From positions 13,990 through 77,989 of the forward strand of contig JAUIIU010000003.1 in the NCBI GenBank assembly GCA_030431695.1: 64,000 nucleotides of DNA. The letters run 5' to 3'. The stretch is from Bacteroidia bacterium (lineage in GTDB: Bacteria > Bacteroidota > Bacteroidia > Flavobacteriales > Flavobacteriaceae). The notes under the pieces were generated by a model. The model saw nothing but the letters and a program-made list of their open reading frames with translations. It was not told the origin of the DNA and made no database searches. Shown here in pieces: positions 48,821 through 57,060 of the stretch (positions are counted from its first letter, which is position 1; the number at the start of each line of letters is the position of its first letter). Both the position numbers and the translations under genes were made by a program.

Positions 48821-49281
48821 GATTCTTCAATAAACATAGAAACGTTGAACTAATAATTAGCCAAGAATTAATTGATGAAATTGGCATCGTTGGTGTTGAA
48901 CATTTCCCAAATGAATTTGGCGGTTTTTTGACGGGTAGGTACTCCGATGATTATAATACCCTGTTCATAAATGATTTCGTTCTTCCGAAAGCATCCAAAG
49001 GAAGTAGGTTTCAGTTCGTGAGACGTTCTAAAGGAATGAAGAAATTTTTCAGAAAATTATTCCAGAGCAAAAAAGAATATTATGTTGGAGAATGGCATAC
49101 ACATCCAAATGGTAGTACCCAATTTAGCAGCACTGATTTAAACGCAATGATGGAAATTGAATCAGCTCCAAGTGTAAAAATTAAGAATCCCGTGCTACTA
49201 ATTCTAAGTGTCACCAACAAAAAACTTGACAACGCCACCTTTTATATATACGACAATAAAAAACTACTACCTTATGAGTAA
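48817..49281 (+). CDS. Cap3-like JAB/JAMM isopeptidase
   Basis: It carries EFGGFL plus an exact HxHx7Sx2D motif (HTHPNGSTQFSSTD). Its TTG start overlaps the Cap2 stop (TTGA). Confidence 0.8.
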   Translation: MRFFNKHRNVELIISQELIDEIGIVGVEHFPNEFGGFLTGRYSDDYNTLFINDFVLPKASKGSRFQFVRRSKGMKKFFRKLFQSKKEYYVGEWHTHPNGSTQFSSTDLNAMMEIESAPSVKIKNPVLLILSVTNKKLDNATFYIYDNKKLLPYE

Positions 49282-50098
49282 AATAGATATAAAACTACTA
49301 TTTGCTGGACTTCAAAAGCAAATGGTCGCCCAATTGAACACGAATAGAGAATTCATTACACATCCGGGTTCAAAAGGTGATTCATTAGAGAATGCATGGA
49401 TTGAATGGCTGAGAACATATTTACCAAACAGATATAACGTTGACAAAGCGATTGTTATTGATTCTGAAGGAAATACAAGTCATCAGATGGATATAGTGAT
49501 TTATGACAATTGGTATACTCCATTTATATTTACGCAAAATGGATTTCATTATATACCTGCCGAAGGAGTATATGCTGTTTTTGAAGTAAAACCAGACATC
49601 AAGGGTAATGTTGGCGATAAAAACTACATTGAATATTCTGCTGAAAAAATTGAAAGTGTTAGGATTCTAAAAAGAAAAGCCGCTGGATTTATAAATGGTG
49701 GAGTCCCACATGGTCCGAGACCCTTAACCAAAATTATTGGTGGTATTCTTTGCAGTACGAATTCATACACTCGAACGAACAACAGTACTATTAAAACACA
49801 CATCCAAAATCAAACACAACTTAAGACTATTGATTTAGGGTGTATAGCTGATTATGGTAGTTTTTATGTCGATTATACTCCAAATAACGAAATAACTAAT
49901 CCAGGTTATAAAGCCTATTTAGATTTTTATAACGCCAGAAAATTCAAGAGCTTAAAGTTTAGCAAAGCAGATAATTCGATGGTTACTTTCTTCTTCCAGC
50001 TAACAAGATATTTACAGCAAGCTATTGGAACAATTCCAGCAATTAACTTGAAGGAATATTTGGATAGTATCGGTGAGAAACTAGATGAAGAAATTTAA
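49274..50098 (+). CDS. NucC-like restriction-endonuclease-fold effector
   Basis: It has HPGSKGDSLENAWIEWLRTYLPNRY and then MD-x30-EVK, the same spacing as the ID-x30-EAK active-site motif reported for NucC. The ATG at 49274 overlaps the Cap3 stop (ATGAGTAA). Confidence 0.65.
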   Translation: MSKIDIKLLFAGLQKQMVAQLNTNREFITHPGSKGDSLENAWIEWLRTYLPNRYNVDKAIVIDSEGNTSHQMDIVIYDNWYTPFIFTQNGFHYIPAEGVYAVFEVKPDIKGNVGDKNYIEYSAEKIESVRILKRKAAGFINGGVPHGPRPLTKIIGGILCSTNSYTRTNNSTIKTHIQNQTQLKTIDLGCIADYGSFYVDYTPNNEITNPGYKAYLDFYNARKFKSLKFSKADNSMVTFFFQLTRYLQQAIGTIPAINLKEYLDSIGEKLDEEI

Positions 50099-50148
50099 TA
50101 TTATTATTCCAATTACTTCTTTGTAAATTAGAGCATTAGACAAACAAT

Positions 50149-50469
50149 ATGGAAAAACAGATACGCTCTTTATTAATATCAAAACTTGGAGAATATCATA
50201 GTAATTTTACTGTTCCTTATTATAATGATGAGATTCTAAAGGTATTAGCCTTCAACCCAATAGAATTCGAGTGGAAAGACGACCTTGAGAATATTGGCGG
50301 TAATGTTTCATTCATATGCCTTGTAAAGGGAAAAATAAAAGGAATCACTTCCAGAAAAAGGACATACTCATTCTCCTTTTCAGGCGTCTCAGCTATAATG
50401 GAAGGAACAAAAGTTACAGACCTTAATTTGGAAAATATGAATATTACATCATATAATAGACAGGATTAA
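50149..50469 (+). CDS. hypothetical protein (106 aa)
   Basis: An ORF 50 nt downstream of the NucC-like gene. No family was recognised. Confidence 0.4.
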   Translation: MEKQIRSLLISKLGEYHSNFTVPYYNDEILKVLAFNPIEFEWKDDLENIGGNVSFICLVKGKIKGITSRKRTYSFSFSGVSAIMEGTKVTDLNLENMNITSYNRQD

Positions 50470-50484
50470 GTTCGTGATGACATT

Positions 50485-50955
50485 CTATCTATTTTCGATT
50501 AGATTTGACTTAATCCAATCAGCGTAGTACCTTAAAAAAGGTAGTAACTCGTTGGATTCAAATTTTGCCACTTGGACCACCTGACCATTACTATTTCTAG
50601 TAAACACAATCTCATCGACTAGAAAGTCATCCGTATTTGAAATTATTTCAAAGCTCCCGTGGGCTATTGAGTTACGTAAATCACGTATCAAATCTCTGAA
50701 ATTCCTGTAGCGCTTATTGATAAATGAATTAACCAAACCCATTTGCTTAAGAAGTTCCGTGGTAATGATTGGATTAGGAATATGACTAAAAACCGTCTCC
50801 TTAGGAATCACAATAATACCCAATAAGCAATTCAATAGGAGCGTATAATTATACTGTTGCTCGAAAGGGTATTTATGAAGAATTGATTCGTATTGTGCTA
50901 TTAGCTTCATTGTTCTGTCAATGAAATCATGCTCTATATCTTTATAATTTCCCAT
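50485..50955 (-). CDS. HEPN-motif protein (Abi-like)
   Basis: A 156-aa all-helical-looking protein with an Rx4H motif in RDLRNSIAHGSF, as in the RNxxAH of AbiD/F-type HEPN domains. Confidence 0.55.
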   Translation of the reverse strand: MGNYKDIEHDFIDRTMKLIAQYESILHKYPFEQQYNYTLLLNCLLGIIVIPKETVFSHIPNPIITTELLKQMGLVNSFINKRYRNFRDLIRDLRNSIAHGSFEIISNTDDFLVDEIVFTRNSNGQVVQVAKFESNELLPFLRYYADWIKSNLIENR

Positions 50956-51047
50956 TTATATTGCTTTATCTTAAAACTTAAATAACCATTTCAAAGATAA
51001 AGCAATTAGTTTACGGAATAATAAACACAAAGTGATTCCCTCATCTA

Positions 51048-51203
51048 TTAATTCGAAGCCATGTGCCGCTGCCAGCTCTTCACATCATACATGGACTCGA
51101 TAATTCGTTTTGCTGCCGATGGTGATGTAGCCTCACACGAAACTGAAATATAATGTCCCCCGGATTTGAGCCAAATAGCTCCTTTGTAAGTTTGTGTTGT
51201 CAT
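51048..51203 (-). CDS. possible small ORF (51 aa) coupled to the resolvase
   Basis: The ATG lies 2 nt after the resolvase stop. It encodes MTTQTYKGAIWLKSGGHYISVSCEATSPSAAKRIIESMYDVKSWQRHMASN. It falls below the ORF-track cutoff and is unverified. Confidence 0.3.
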   Translation of the reverse strand: MTTQTYKGAIWLKSGGHYISVSCEATSPSAAKRIIESMYDVKSWQRHMASN

Positions 51204-51205
51204 AA

Positions 51206-51808
51206 TTATAATGTTTGCTCTTTTAAAGCTCTTTTAACCCTCTGGGCTGTTCCTAGACTCACACCACCCAATGCAGCTGCACGCCTCAAGGATTCACCAT
51301 TTTCAAGCTCGGTGGCTACTTTCTTGTACTTCTTCAAGAATTCTTCAGTAGACATACGGGAGCCGTATAAGCGACCATTATAAACCCCTTTGGCTTTGGC
51401 TATCTCGATGCCTTGACGCTGCCTCTCAAGCATATTATTACGCTCCATCTCACTCACGTTACCCAGTACCGACACAATCATCTTGAATATTGGGTTCTGT
51501 TTTCCGTCAACCATAGAAAACATACCTATATTTTCCACATAAAGCTTGACGCTGTTTTCGGTTAGGAATTCGCAGACGGTTAGGATGTCTAGTATGTTTC
51601 TTCCAATACGGTCAATTGATAAGACATGTACTTCATCGATTCTACCTTGTTTAATCCTGTCAATCAATTTCTTGCCCTGAGGTCTTTCGAAAAACGATAT
51701 TGCACCACTAATCCTATCTACATACACCTTATCGAATTCAGACTCATTCTTCTCCTGTCTGGAAGTATTTTGTTCTACGGTTGATACCCTAACGTATTTG
51801 ACTTTCAT
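51206..51808 (-). CDS. small serine recombinase (resolvase/invertase family)
   Basis: It starts MKVKYVRVSTVEQNTSRQ with the catalytic Ser motif and has a C-terminal HTH (GGVSLGTAQRV). The ATG at 51808 is preferred. Confidence 0.85.
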   Translation of the reverse strand: MKVKYVRVSTVEQNTSRQEKNESEFDKVYVDRISGAISFFERPQGKKLIDRIKQGRIDEVHVLSIDRIGRNILDILTVCEFLTENSVKLYVENIGMFSMVDGKQNPIFKMIVSVLGNVSEMERNNMLERQRQGIEIAKAKGVYNGRLYGSRMSTEEFLKKYKKVATELENGESLRRAAALGGVSLGTAQRVKRALKEQTL

Positions 51809-51834
51809 AATTTCATTTCTATACATCAAATATA

Positions 51835-51866
51835 GTGTATTATATTAGGGTGGCAAAATAATACAC
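51835..51866. promoter_or_regulatory. res-like recombinase binding site
   Basis: GTGTATTAT-n14-ATAATACAC is a 9-bp inverted repeat 27 nt upstream of the resolvase start. Related half-sites occur at 51924-51938 (ATACAC-ttc-GTGTAT) and 52003-52010. Confidence 0.5.
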
Positions 51867-52235
51867 ATAAAAACCAGGTATTTAGCTGAAATTACTGTGC
51901 CCAAATCTTGTATGCTCCAATTAATACACTTCGTGTATATACAGTCCCTATTTCACTCTCCGAAATTTGCTGGAAAAATTTTGAACACCTCCGACCTTTT
52001 GTATATACACATCGCATTTCGGTCAATTGAAAGGGCGGATACGGGAACGAGATTTTTCAATTGTGTTTATAGATAGCTTTTGAAGACAGGTCGGACGGTC
52101 ATAGCCGTTCGCATTCAAAAACACCAAGTCAACCGAAGTATAGACTGTGACTCACGTGCTTGGGTAGTGTAAAGAGGTACCTTAAAAGCAGCCTTTTCGT
52201 TGATTCTTGCATATTTATAGACAAACAATTTTATC

Positions 52236-52397
52236 ATGGCAAAACTACCAACAACTGAAAACACCGAAATCTTTATAATGAGAATGACCCCAGCCTTGAA
52301 ACAGAAGCTGAATGAACTAGCTAAGAGAAGTAAATATGGGGGTAATGCATCTTCTGCAGTAAGGGTTTTGATTGAGTCAGCGTATCTAGATTTTTGA
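52236..52397 (+). CDS. ribbon-helix-helix (CopG/MobC-like) small protein, 53 aa
   Basis: It encodes MAKLPTTENTEIFIMRMTPALKQKLNELAKRSKYGGNASSAVRVLIESAYLDF, with a beta-strand then two helices, the typical RHH pattern. It is preferred over the antisense 96-aa ORF. Confidence 0.55.
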   Translation: MAKLPTTENTEIFIMRMTPALKQKLNELAKRSKYGGNASSAVRVLIESAYLDF

Positions 52398-52854
52398 GCT
52401 ACCAAAAAAAACTCAAATTTATAATTCTCATTATTAGATGGTTACAAATAATTTCGAATATTTTTTCGACTTTTTTAATGTATAGACATATTTATATATA
52501 ACAACCGTAAACAGTTTTATGATGGTCAGCATCACGACCTAGGTCAAATGAAGGTGGTGTACATATTCGGATTGCAAAGGGCAACATTAAGCGGGCGGAG
52601 GCTCAGGCACTTAAGTTGGTAATCTGGTGTGTGGTTGATAGGAACTTAGCCGATTCAATCTGAAAGGGTACCGCCAAGGTATTGGACCCGAATGCCCCAC
52701 GTAGTATGTCGGTTTGGTTCTGCGAAGAACGAGTTCTAGGTACTACGGTCAGAACAGTTCCTATATAAAAATGTAGGAGAGATTTTTTGGAACTAAGTAC
52801 GATGGATGATAGGACCACTTAACGGTGGATGTATGGAAGTAGACATAAATCATC

Positions 52855-52890
52855 TCTATACCTTTTTAGGGGGTATGGGGGTGATTTTTT
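52855..52890 (+). terminator. possible intrinsic terminator ending a non-coding transcript
   Basis: The stem UCUAUACC / GGUAUGGG includes 2 G-U pairs and has a 9-nt loop. T6 occurs at 52885-52890 after a short spacer. Confidence 0.35.
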
Positions 52891-53102
52891 GTTTCATTGG
52901 ACTCCTGGAACCTCCTTCCGTTGGATAGGAAGAGAGACATATAAATTATTACCTAGGGAACATAAAAACTACAATAGATGGGTATAGAAAGTATATTAGA
53001 ATCAACTAACTGAAATACCAAGAACTTATAGGTATTTCGACTGGTCTTTACTGCTTTTGTCTATAATTTCTTCTGTTATAATATTGATTTTATATTCATT
53101 AG

Positions 53103-53849
53103 TCATATAACTTGTATCCACTTATTTGAACTTATAACCGGAGTATATTCTACAAATTCACCTCTCTGAGATTCAAAGTCTTCATCATCAACACTGAAAC
53201 ATTCGACATTAACCTTCAATTTATCACATACGGACCTAATTTGCCTACTCAAAGATTCTTTATCCATTCTATTGAGCCAATAATTCCAATACTTTTTATT
53301 AGCGACCAACAATAATTTAGGTGATTCATGATTTGCCATGAAGCTCCATTCAAACTTTTTAAATCCATCGTGGTGAACATCATGTCTATCTAAAGCATCA
53401 TGGTTGCAACGGATATAGTAGTAATACATCAATAATTCAATAACACCATAAATTGGACGGTTTGATTTGGAACTATTGCTGTATTTCAATTCACAAATTA
53501 CAGGTACATCGTCTGATGTCATTCCAATAAGGTCTAGACATAGTCGTCTAGAACTTTTGTTTAGAACTACTGGAAGTTCGAAATCCAACCATTGAACTTC
53601 TGTTTTCGTTCTTCCATGGTCAATCACTGCTTTCTGGCAATTAAAAATTGCTCTTTGGAGTGCTTTCTCTGTTATGTCTTTTATTATAATAGACGGAGTC
53701 CCTGGATTGGTTGGATGTTCAATTGACTCATTATCTTCATTTTCAAGTGTTGCTTTTAACTTTCCTAAATCATTCCAATCAGAGTTATCAATATAATCAA
53801 TTATGTGTCCTTTAAATTGTTCATTTGTAATTCTCGAAATCATAATCAA
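53103..53849 (-). CDS. PD-(D/E)xK nuclease-fold protein, uncharacterised
   Basis: CLDLIGMTSDDVPVICELKY gives D-x12-ExK preceded by a beta-strand. It lies 32 nt downstream of hsdR on the same strand. Confidence 0.5.
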   Translation of the reverse strand: MIMISRITNEQFKGHIIDYIDNSDWNDLGKLKATLENEDNESIEHPTNPGTPSIIIKDITEKALQRAIFNCQKAVIDHGRTKTEVQWLDFELPVVLNKSSRRLCLDLIGMTSDDVPVICELKYSNSSKSNRPIYGVIELLMYYYYIRCNHDALDRHDVHHDGFKKFEWSFMANHESPKLLLVANKKYWNYWLNRMDKESLSRQIRSVCDKLKVNVECFSVDDEDFESQRGEFVEYTPVISSNKWIQVI

Positions 53850-53881
53850 CCTGTTACGAATAAATTCTCATAATCCTTTTA

Positions 53882-56236
53882 CTAACTCGCCTCACCACCG
53901 TAGAGGTGCTCTTGGAATCCTATGAAAGTCTCTCTTATGGATTTGATATCACCAAGCTCGTGTTTGGCGTCAGCTAAGGCTTTGTATTTAAGTTCTAATA
54001 GGTCTGGAAGTTTCGCATCATCCAACTCGTCCACACCTTCTTTAACGTATTGCTCCAACACGAAGTTCAGGAACTCTTGTTGCTTTGGGTTGTAATCACC
54101 CAATTTGATTTTAGCCTTATCGGCTCGGTCTAATCTTGGAACCATGCTTTTATGATAAGCTACGTAGTTAAGCACATCGTATAAGTCGCTTTCCTCTCCA
54201 TGTACCAGCTTACGTAAATCTTCAAGCTGTGCATGGGTATATCCTTTCTCATTCAGTTCTTCCAATAGCTTCTTTCTGGTAGACGGTAGACTCCAAAGCT
54301 TTCTAAGCTCATCTTCACTTCGGAATAGTGCTGGTAAATCTCCAAACAATTGGTCCAAGAACTCTTGAGCAGATATCGGTGTACCATGCGGACTCCAGAA
54401 GGAAGTCTTTATCATGCTGTCGATTTCTCTGACCTTGTTATCGGACAACTTAACCTTTATCATCTTCTTGGGTGGTTCATCACAAAAACAGGGGTCATTG
54501 TCACAAATCTCACAGTAGGTTGGCTCATGTATCTCATTTGGCTTGCCGTCCCCCCTGGTGTATTCTCTTGGTGGTTCTGGTTCAATCGGTTCACCATCCC
54601 ACTCTGGGTCTTTGAAATGGTCATGGGCATTGACGAAATCGAAAACGGTGAAATACTCCTTGCCGTCAAATAGACGTGTTCCACGTCCCACAATTTGTTT
54701 AAACTCCACCATCGACTTCACAGGTCGTAGGAGCACTATGTTCCTCAATTCAGGGGCATCAACTCCAGTGCTCAGTTTCCTCGATGTTGTCAAGATAGTG
54801 GGGATACTCTTTTCGTTATCCTGAAAATCCCGCAGGTGCTTTTCTCCAATCTTTCCGTCATCTGCCGTTACCCTATGGCAGTAATTCACGTTATTACTGT
54901 CTGAGTATTGATTGATGAGGTCCCGAATCGCAGCCGCATGAACTTGTGTCGCACAGAACACCAAAGTCTTCTGATTCTGGTTAATGATATTCAAGAATGT
55001 TTTGACCCTAAACTCTTCCCGTGCTTTGATTTCGATAATACGATTGAAATCTTCCTCAGTATAGGTGCGTCCTACCTCAACCTCGCCTGTTTCGACATCA
55101 TCATCTTCGGTATATTCATACTCATCAATTGTTGTTGTGATTTCCTTGACCTTGAAGGGTGTAAGGAATCCATCATTGATACCTTCCTTGAGTGCATAGA
55201 TGTAAACCGGGTCACCAAAATACTTGTAGGTATCACCATTAACGTCCCGTTTTGGTGTAGCGGTCAGACCGAGTTGAACCGCTGGACTGAAATACTCCAT
55301 GATTGCTCTCCAAGAGCTTTCATCATTAGCACCACCACGGTGACACTCATCAATAATTATAAAGTCAAAGAAGTCTTTAGGGTATTCTCCAAAGTTGGGA
55401 GAATCATCTGGACCAGACATGAAGGTCTGGAAAATGGTAAAGAAAATATTGCCATTTTTTGGAACCTTGCCTCGCTTTCTGATTTCATCTGGTGCGATAC
55501 GGACCAGAGCGTCCTCTTCAAAGGCACTAAAGGAATTGAATGCTTGGTCGGCAAGGATGTTTCTATCGGCTAAGAACAGTATTCTGGGGCTACGCTGCCC
55601 ATCTCGTCTTAGGTTCCACTTGGCATGGAACAACTTCCATGAAATTTGGAAAGCGATAGCCGTCTTACCCGTACCAGTAGCTAAAGTCAGCAGGATTCGG
55701 TCTTTTTTATCAGCAACAGCCTCTAGCACCTTGGTAATGGCATTGTCTTGGTAGTAACGAGCCTGCCAAGTACCCCCACGGTCCTCAAATGGTACCGAAA
55801 ATAACCGTTCTTTCCAATCAGCAATTTCTTTTTTATACTCTTCAATCGGTGGTGGATAAGTCTTTTCCCAAAGTTCATCGGGTGTAGGGTATCGGGCAAC
55901 ATCACCCTCAACACCCTCATCCATATCAACCTCATAAATCTGTAACCCATTAGTGGCATAGGTGTATCTGATATTCAATCGGTCAGCATAATCCTTAGCC
56001 TGCCCTAGACCATCGGTGTAATAAGCATCACGCTTTTTGGCTTCTATTACCGCAAGCTTGCGATTCTTGTAAATGAGCACATAATCGGCTCTGAGTTGTG
56101 AGTAGTTCCTAACCCCAGGCTTCTCTTTGTTTGTAATTGGAAACTCCTTATACACCCTAGAACCTTCCACATCACCCCAACCTGCTTCTCGAAGAGCTGG
56201 TTCAATTAGATGATATTGGGTTTGGGATTCGTTCAT
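53882..56236 (-). CDS. hsdR: type I restriction enzyme R subunit
   Basis: It has the N-terminal HsdR nuclease motif (ADYVLIY...VIEAKK), helicase motif I (ATGTGKT), a DECH box and a C-terminal EcoEI-type region. Confidence 0.92.
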   Translation of the reverse strand: MNESQTQYHLIEPALREAGWGDVEGSRVYKEFPITNKEKPGVRNYSQLRADYVLIYKNRKLAVIEAKKRDAYYTDGLGQAKDYADRLNIRYTYATNGLQIYEVDMDEGVEGDVARYPTPDELWEKTYPPPIEEYKKEIADWKERLFSVPFEDRGGTWQARYYQDNAITKVLEAVADKKDRILLTLATGTGKTAIAFQISWKLFHAKWNLRRDGQRSPRILFLADRNILADQAFNSFSAFEEDALVRIAPDEIRKRGKVPKNGNIFFTIFQTFMSGPDDSPNFGEYPKDFFDFIIIDECHRGGANDESSWRAIMEYFSPAVQLGLTATPKRDVNGDTYKYFGDPVYIYALKEGINDGFLTPFKVKEITTTIDEYEYTEDDDVETGEVEVGRTYTEEDFNRIIEIKAREEFRVKTFLNIINQNQKTLVFCATQVHAAAIRDLINQYSDSNNVNYCHRVTADDGKIGEKHLRDFQDNEKSIPTILTTSRKLSTGVDAPELRNIVLLRPVKSMVEFKQIVGRGTRLFDGKEYFTVFDFVNAHDHFKDPEWDGEPIEPEPPREYTRGDGKPNEIHEPTYCEICDNDPCFCDEPPKKMIKVKLSDNKVREIDSMIKTSFWSPHGTPISAQEFLDQLFGDLPALFRSEDELRKLWSLPSTRKKLLEELNEKGYTHAQLEDLRKLVHGEESDLYDVLNYVAYHKSMVPRLDRADKAKIKLGDYNPKQQEFLNFVLEQYVKEGVDELDDAKLPDLLELKYKALADAKHELGDIKSIRETFIGFQEHLYGGEAS

Positions 56237-57060
56237 TTAGTGGATATTAAATAGTTTTTGACCAGAGTCCAAATCTCATTCCTCACCTCATTCGACATCG
56301 CCTGGGTATAGTATGGTACGCTCCCGAACGGATATCCAAATAAAGTTCCCGTATATCCAAAAGCTCTGCGATTGGTGGTTTCGTCAAATACCTCAATTCG
56401 TTTTCGCTGCTTCCAATCATCACCTAAGCGATGAGGTTTCCCTATCATCAAAATCCATGGTGGGGTGATTTTACGGATGTACTCTTCAAAAAGTGGTCTA
56501 CTAAGGTCTATCGCATTATCGGGTAGGCTATTTACATCTGGGCTTCTAAAAAAGCACGCATTGGTGTAATTTAGGTTTTCAATTTCCTCCCCAAAATGCC
56601 AATCAATGTAGGTTCGGCAATGATTGATAAATGACCAATCCCTTTCCTTATACTTTGGTGGGTGAGTGGACTGTGCGTTGATGTCATTTCCACCCCAGTT
56701 TATACCAAAGAAAACCCCCGCACCTTTTTGTATAGGGGTATCGCAGATGGCATAATTCCAGTTTTTTCCTTCAAGCCTTAATCCATTACTGGGGTCTTCA
56801 AAAACAGTAGCGGTCTTGTCAAGTAAATCGTAAAAGATAATGTCCTCATCATTTAGGTGGTCCAATTTCAACTCAAGGGACTTGACTTCGCTTCTTGATA
56901 TGCCCCGCTCCTTCAATAGCCTAGAAACATCATCGCCAATATCTTTTAAAGCAAGGTCATAGGTGTTATTGTGGGTTGTTCCAATATGCCCAAGTAAAAC
57001 TGGAATTTCCTTGCCATTCTTTAGCTTGACATTATACGTGTAGCGGGTTAATTGACTCAC
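56233..57060 (-). CDS. uncharacterised protein embedded between hsdS and hsdR, with weak UDG-superfamily-like motif order
   Basis: Its GTG start overlaps the hsdS stop (GTGA), and its stop overlaps the hsdR start (ATGA). The motifs VFFGINWGG, YTNACFFRSP, WILMIGK and GSVPYYT occur in the order seen in MUG/TDG-type glycosylases. This is a by-eye comparison only. Confidence 0.6.
   Translation of the reverse strand: MSQLTRYTYNVKLKNGKEIPVLLGHIGTTHNNTYDLALKDIGDDVSRLLKERGISRSEVKSLELKLDHLNDEDIIFYDLLDKTATVFEDPSNGLRLEGKNWNYAICDTPIQKGAGVFFGINWGGNDINAQSTHPPKYKERDWSFINHCRTYIDWHFGEEIENLNYTNACFFRSPDVNSLPDNAIDLSRPLFEEYIRKITPPWILMIGKPHRLGDDWKQRKRIEVFDETTNRRAFGYTGTLFGYPFGSVPYYTQAMSNEVRNEIWTLVKNYLISTK

Noticed and set aside
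52115-52405. 96-aa minus-strand ORF
   Set aside because: It is antisense to a much more protein-like 53-aa RHH frame on the plus strand (52236-52397), and its sequence is hydrophobic and low-complexity with no start context.
52570-52640. Possible cyclic-di-nucleotide riboswitch (GCAAAGGGCAAC...GGC resembles GEMM-type fragments), tempting given the nearby CBASS
   Set aside because: The order and spacing of the motifs do not match the GEMM-I architecture as I recall it, and no downstream gene sits on that strand. The resemblance is too weak to report.
52603-52818. 71-aa minus-strand ORF inside the non-coding block
   Set aside because: It has no family resemblance and an odd composition, and it lies in the segment treated as a possible RNA or remnant. 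It is treated as spurious.
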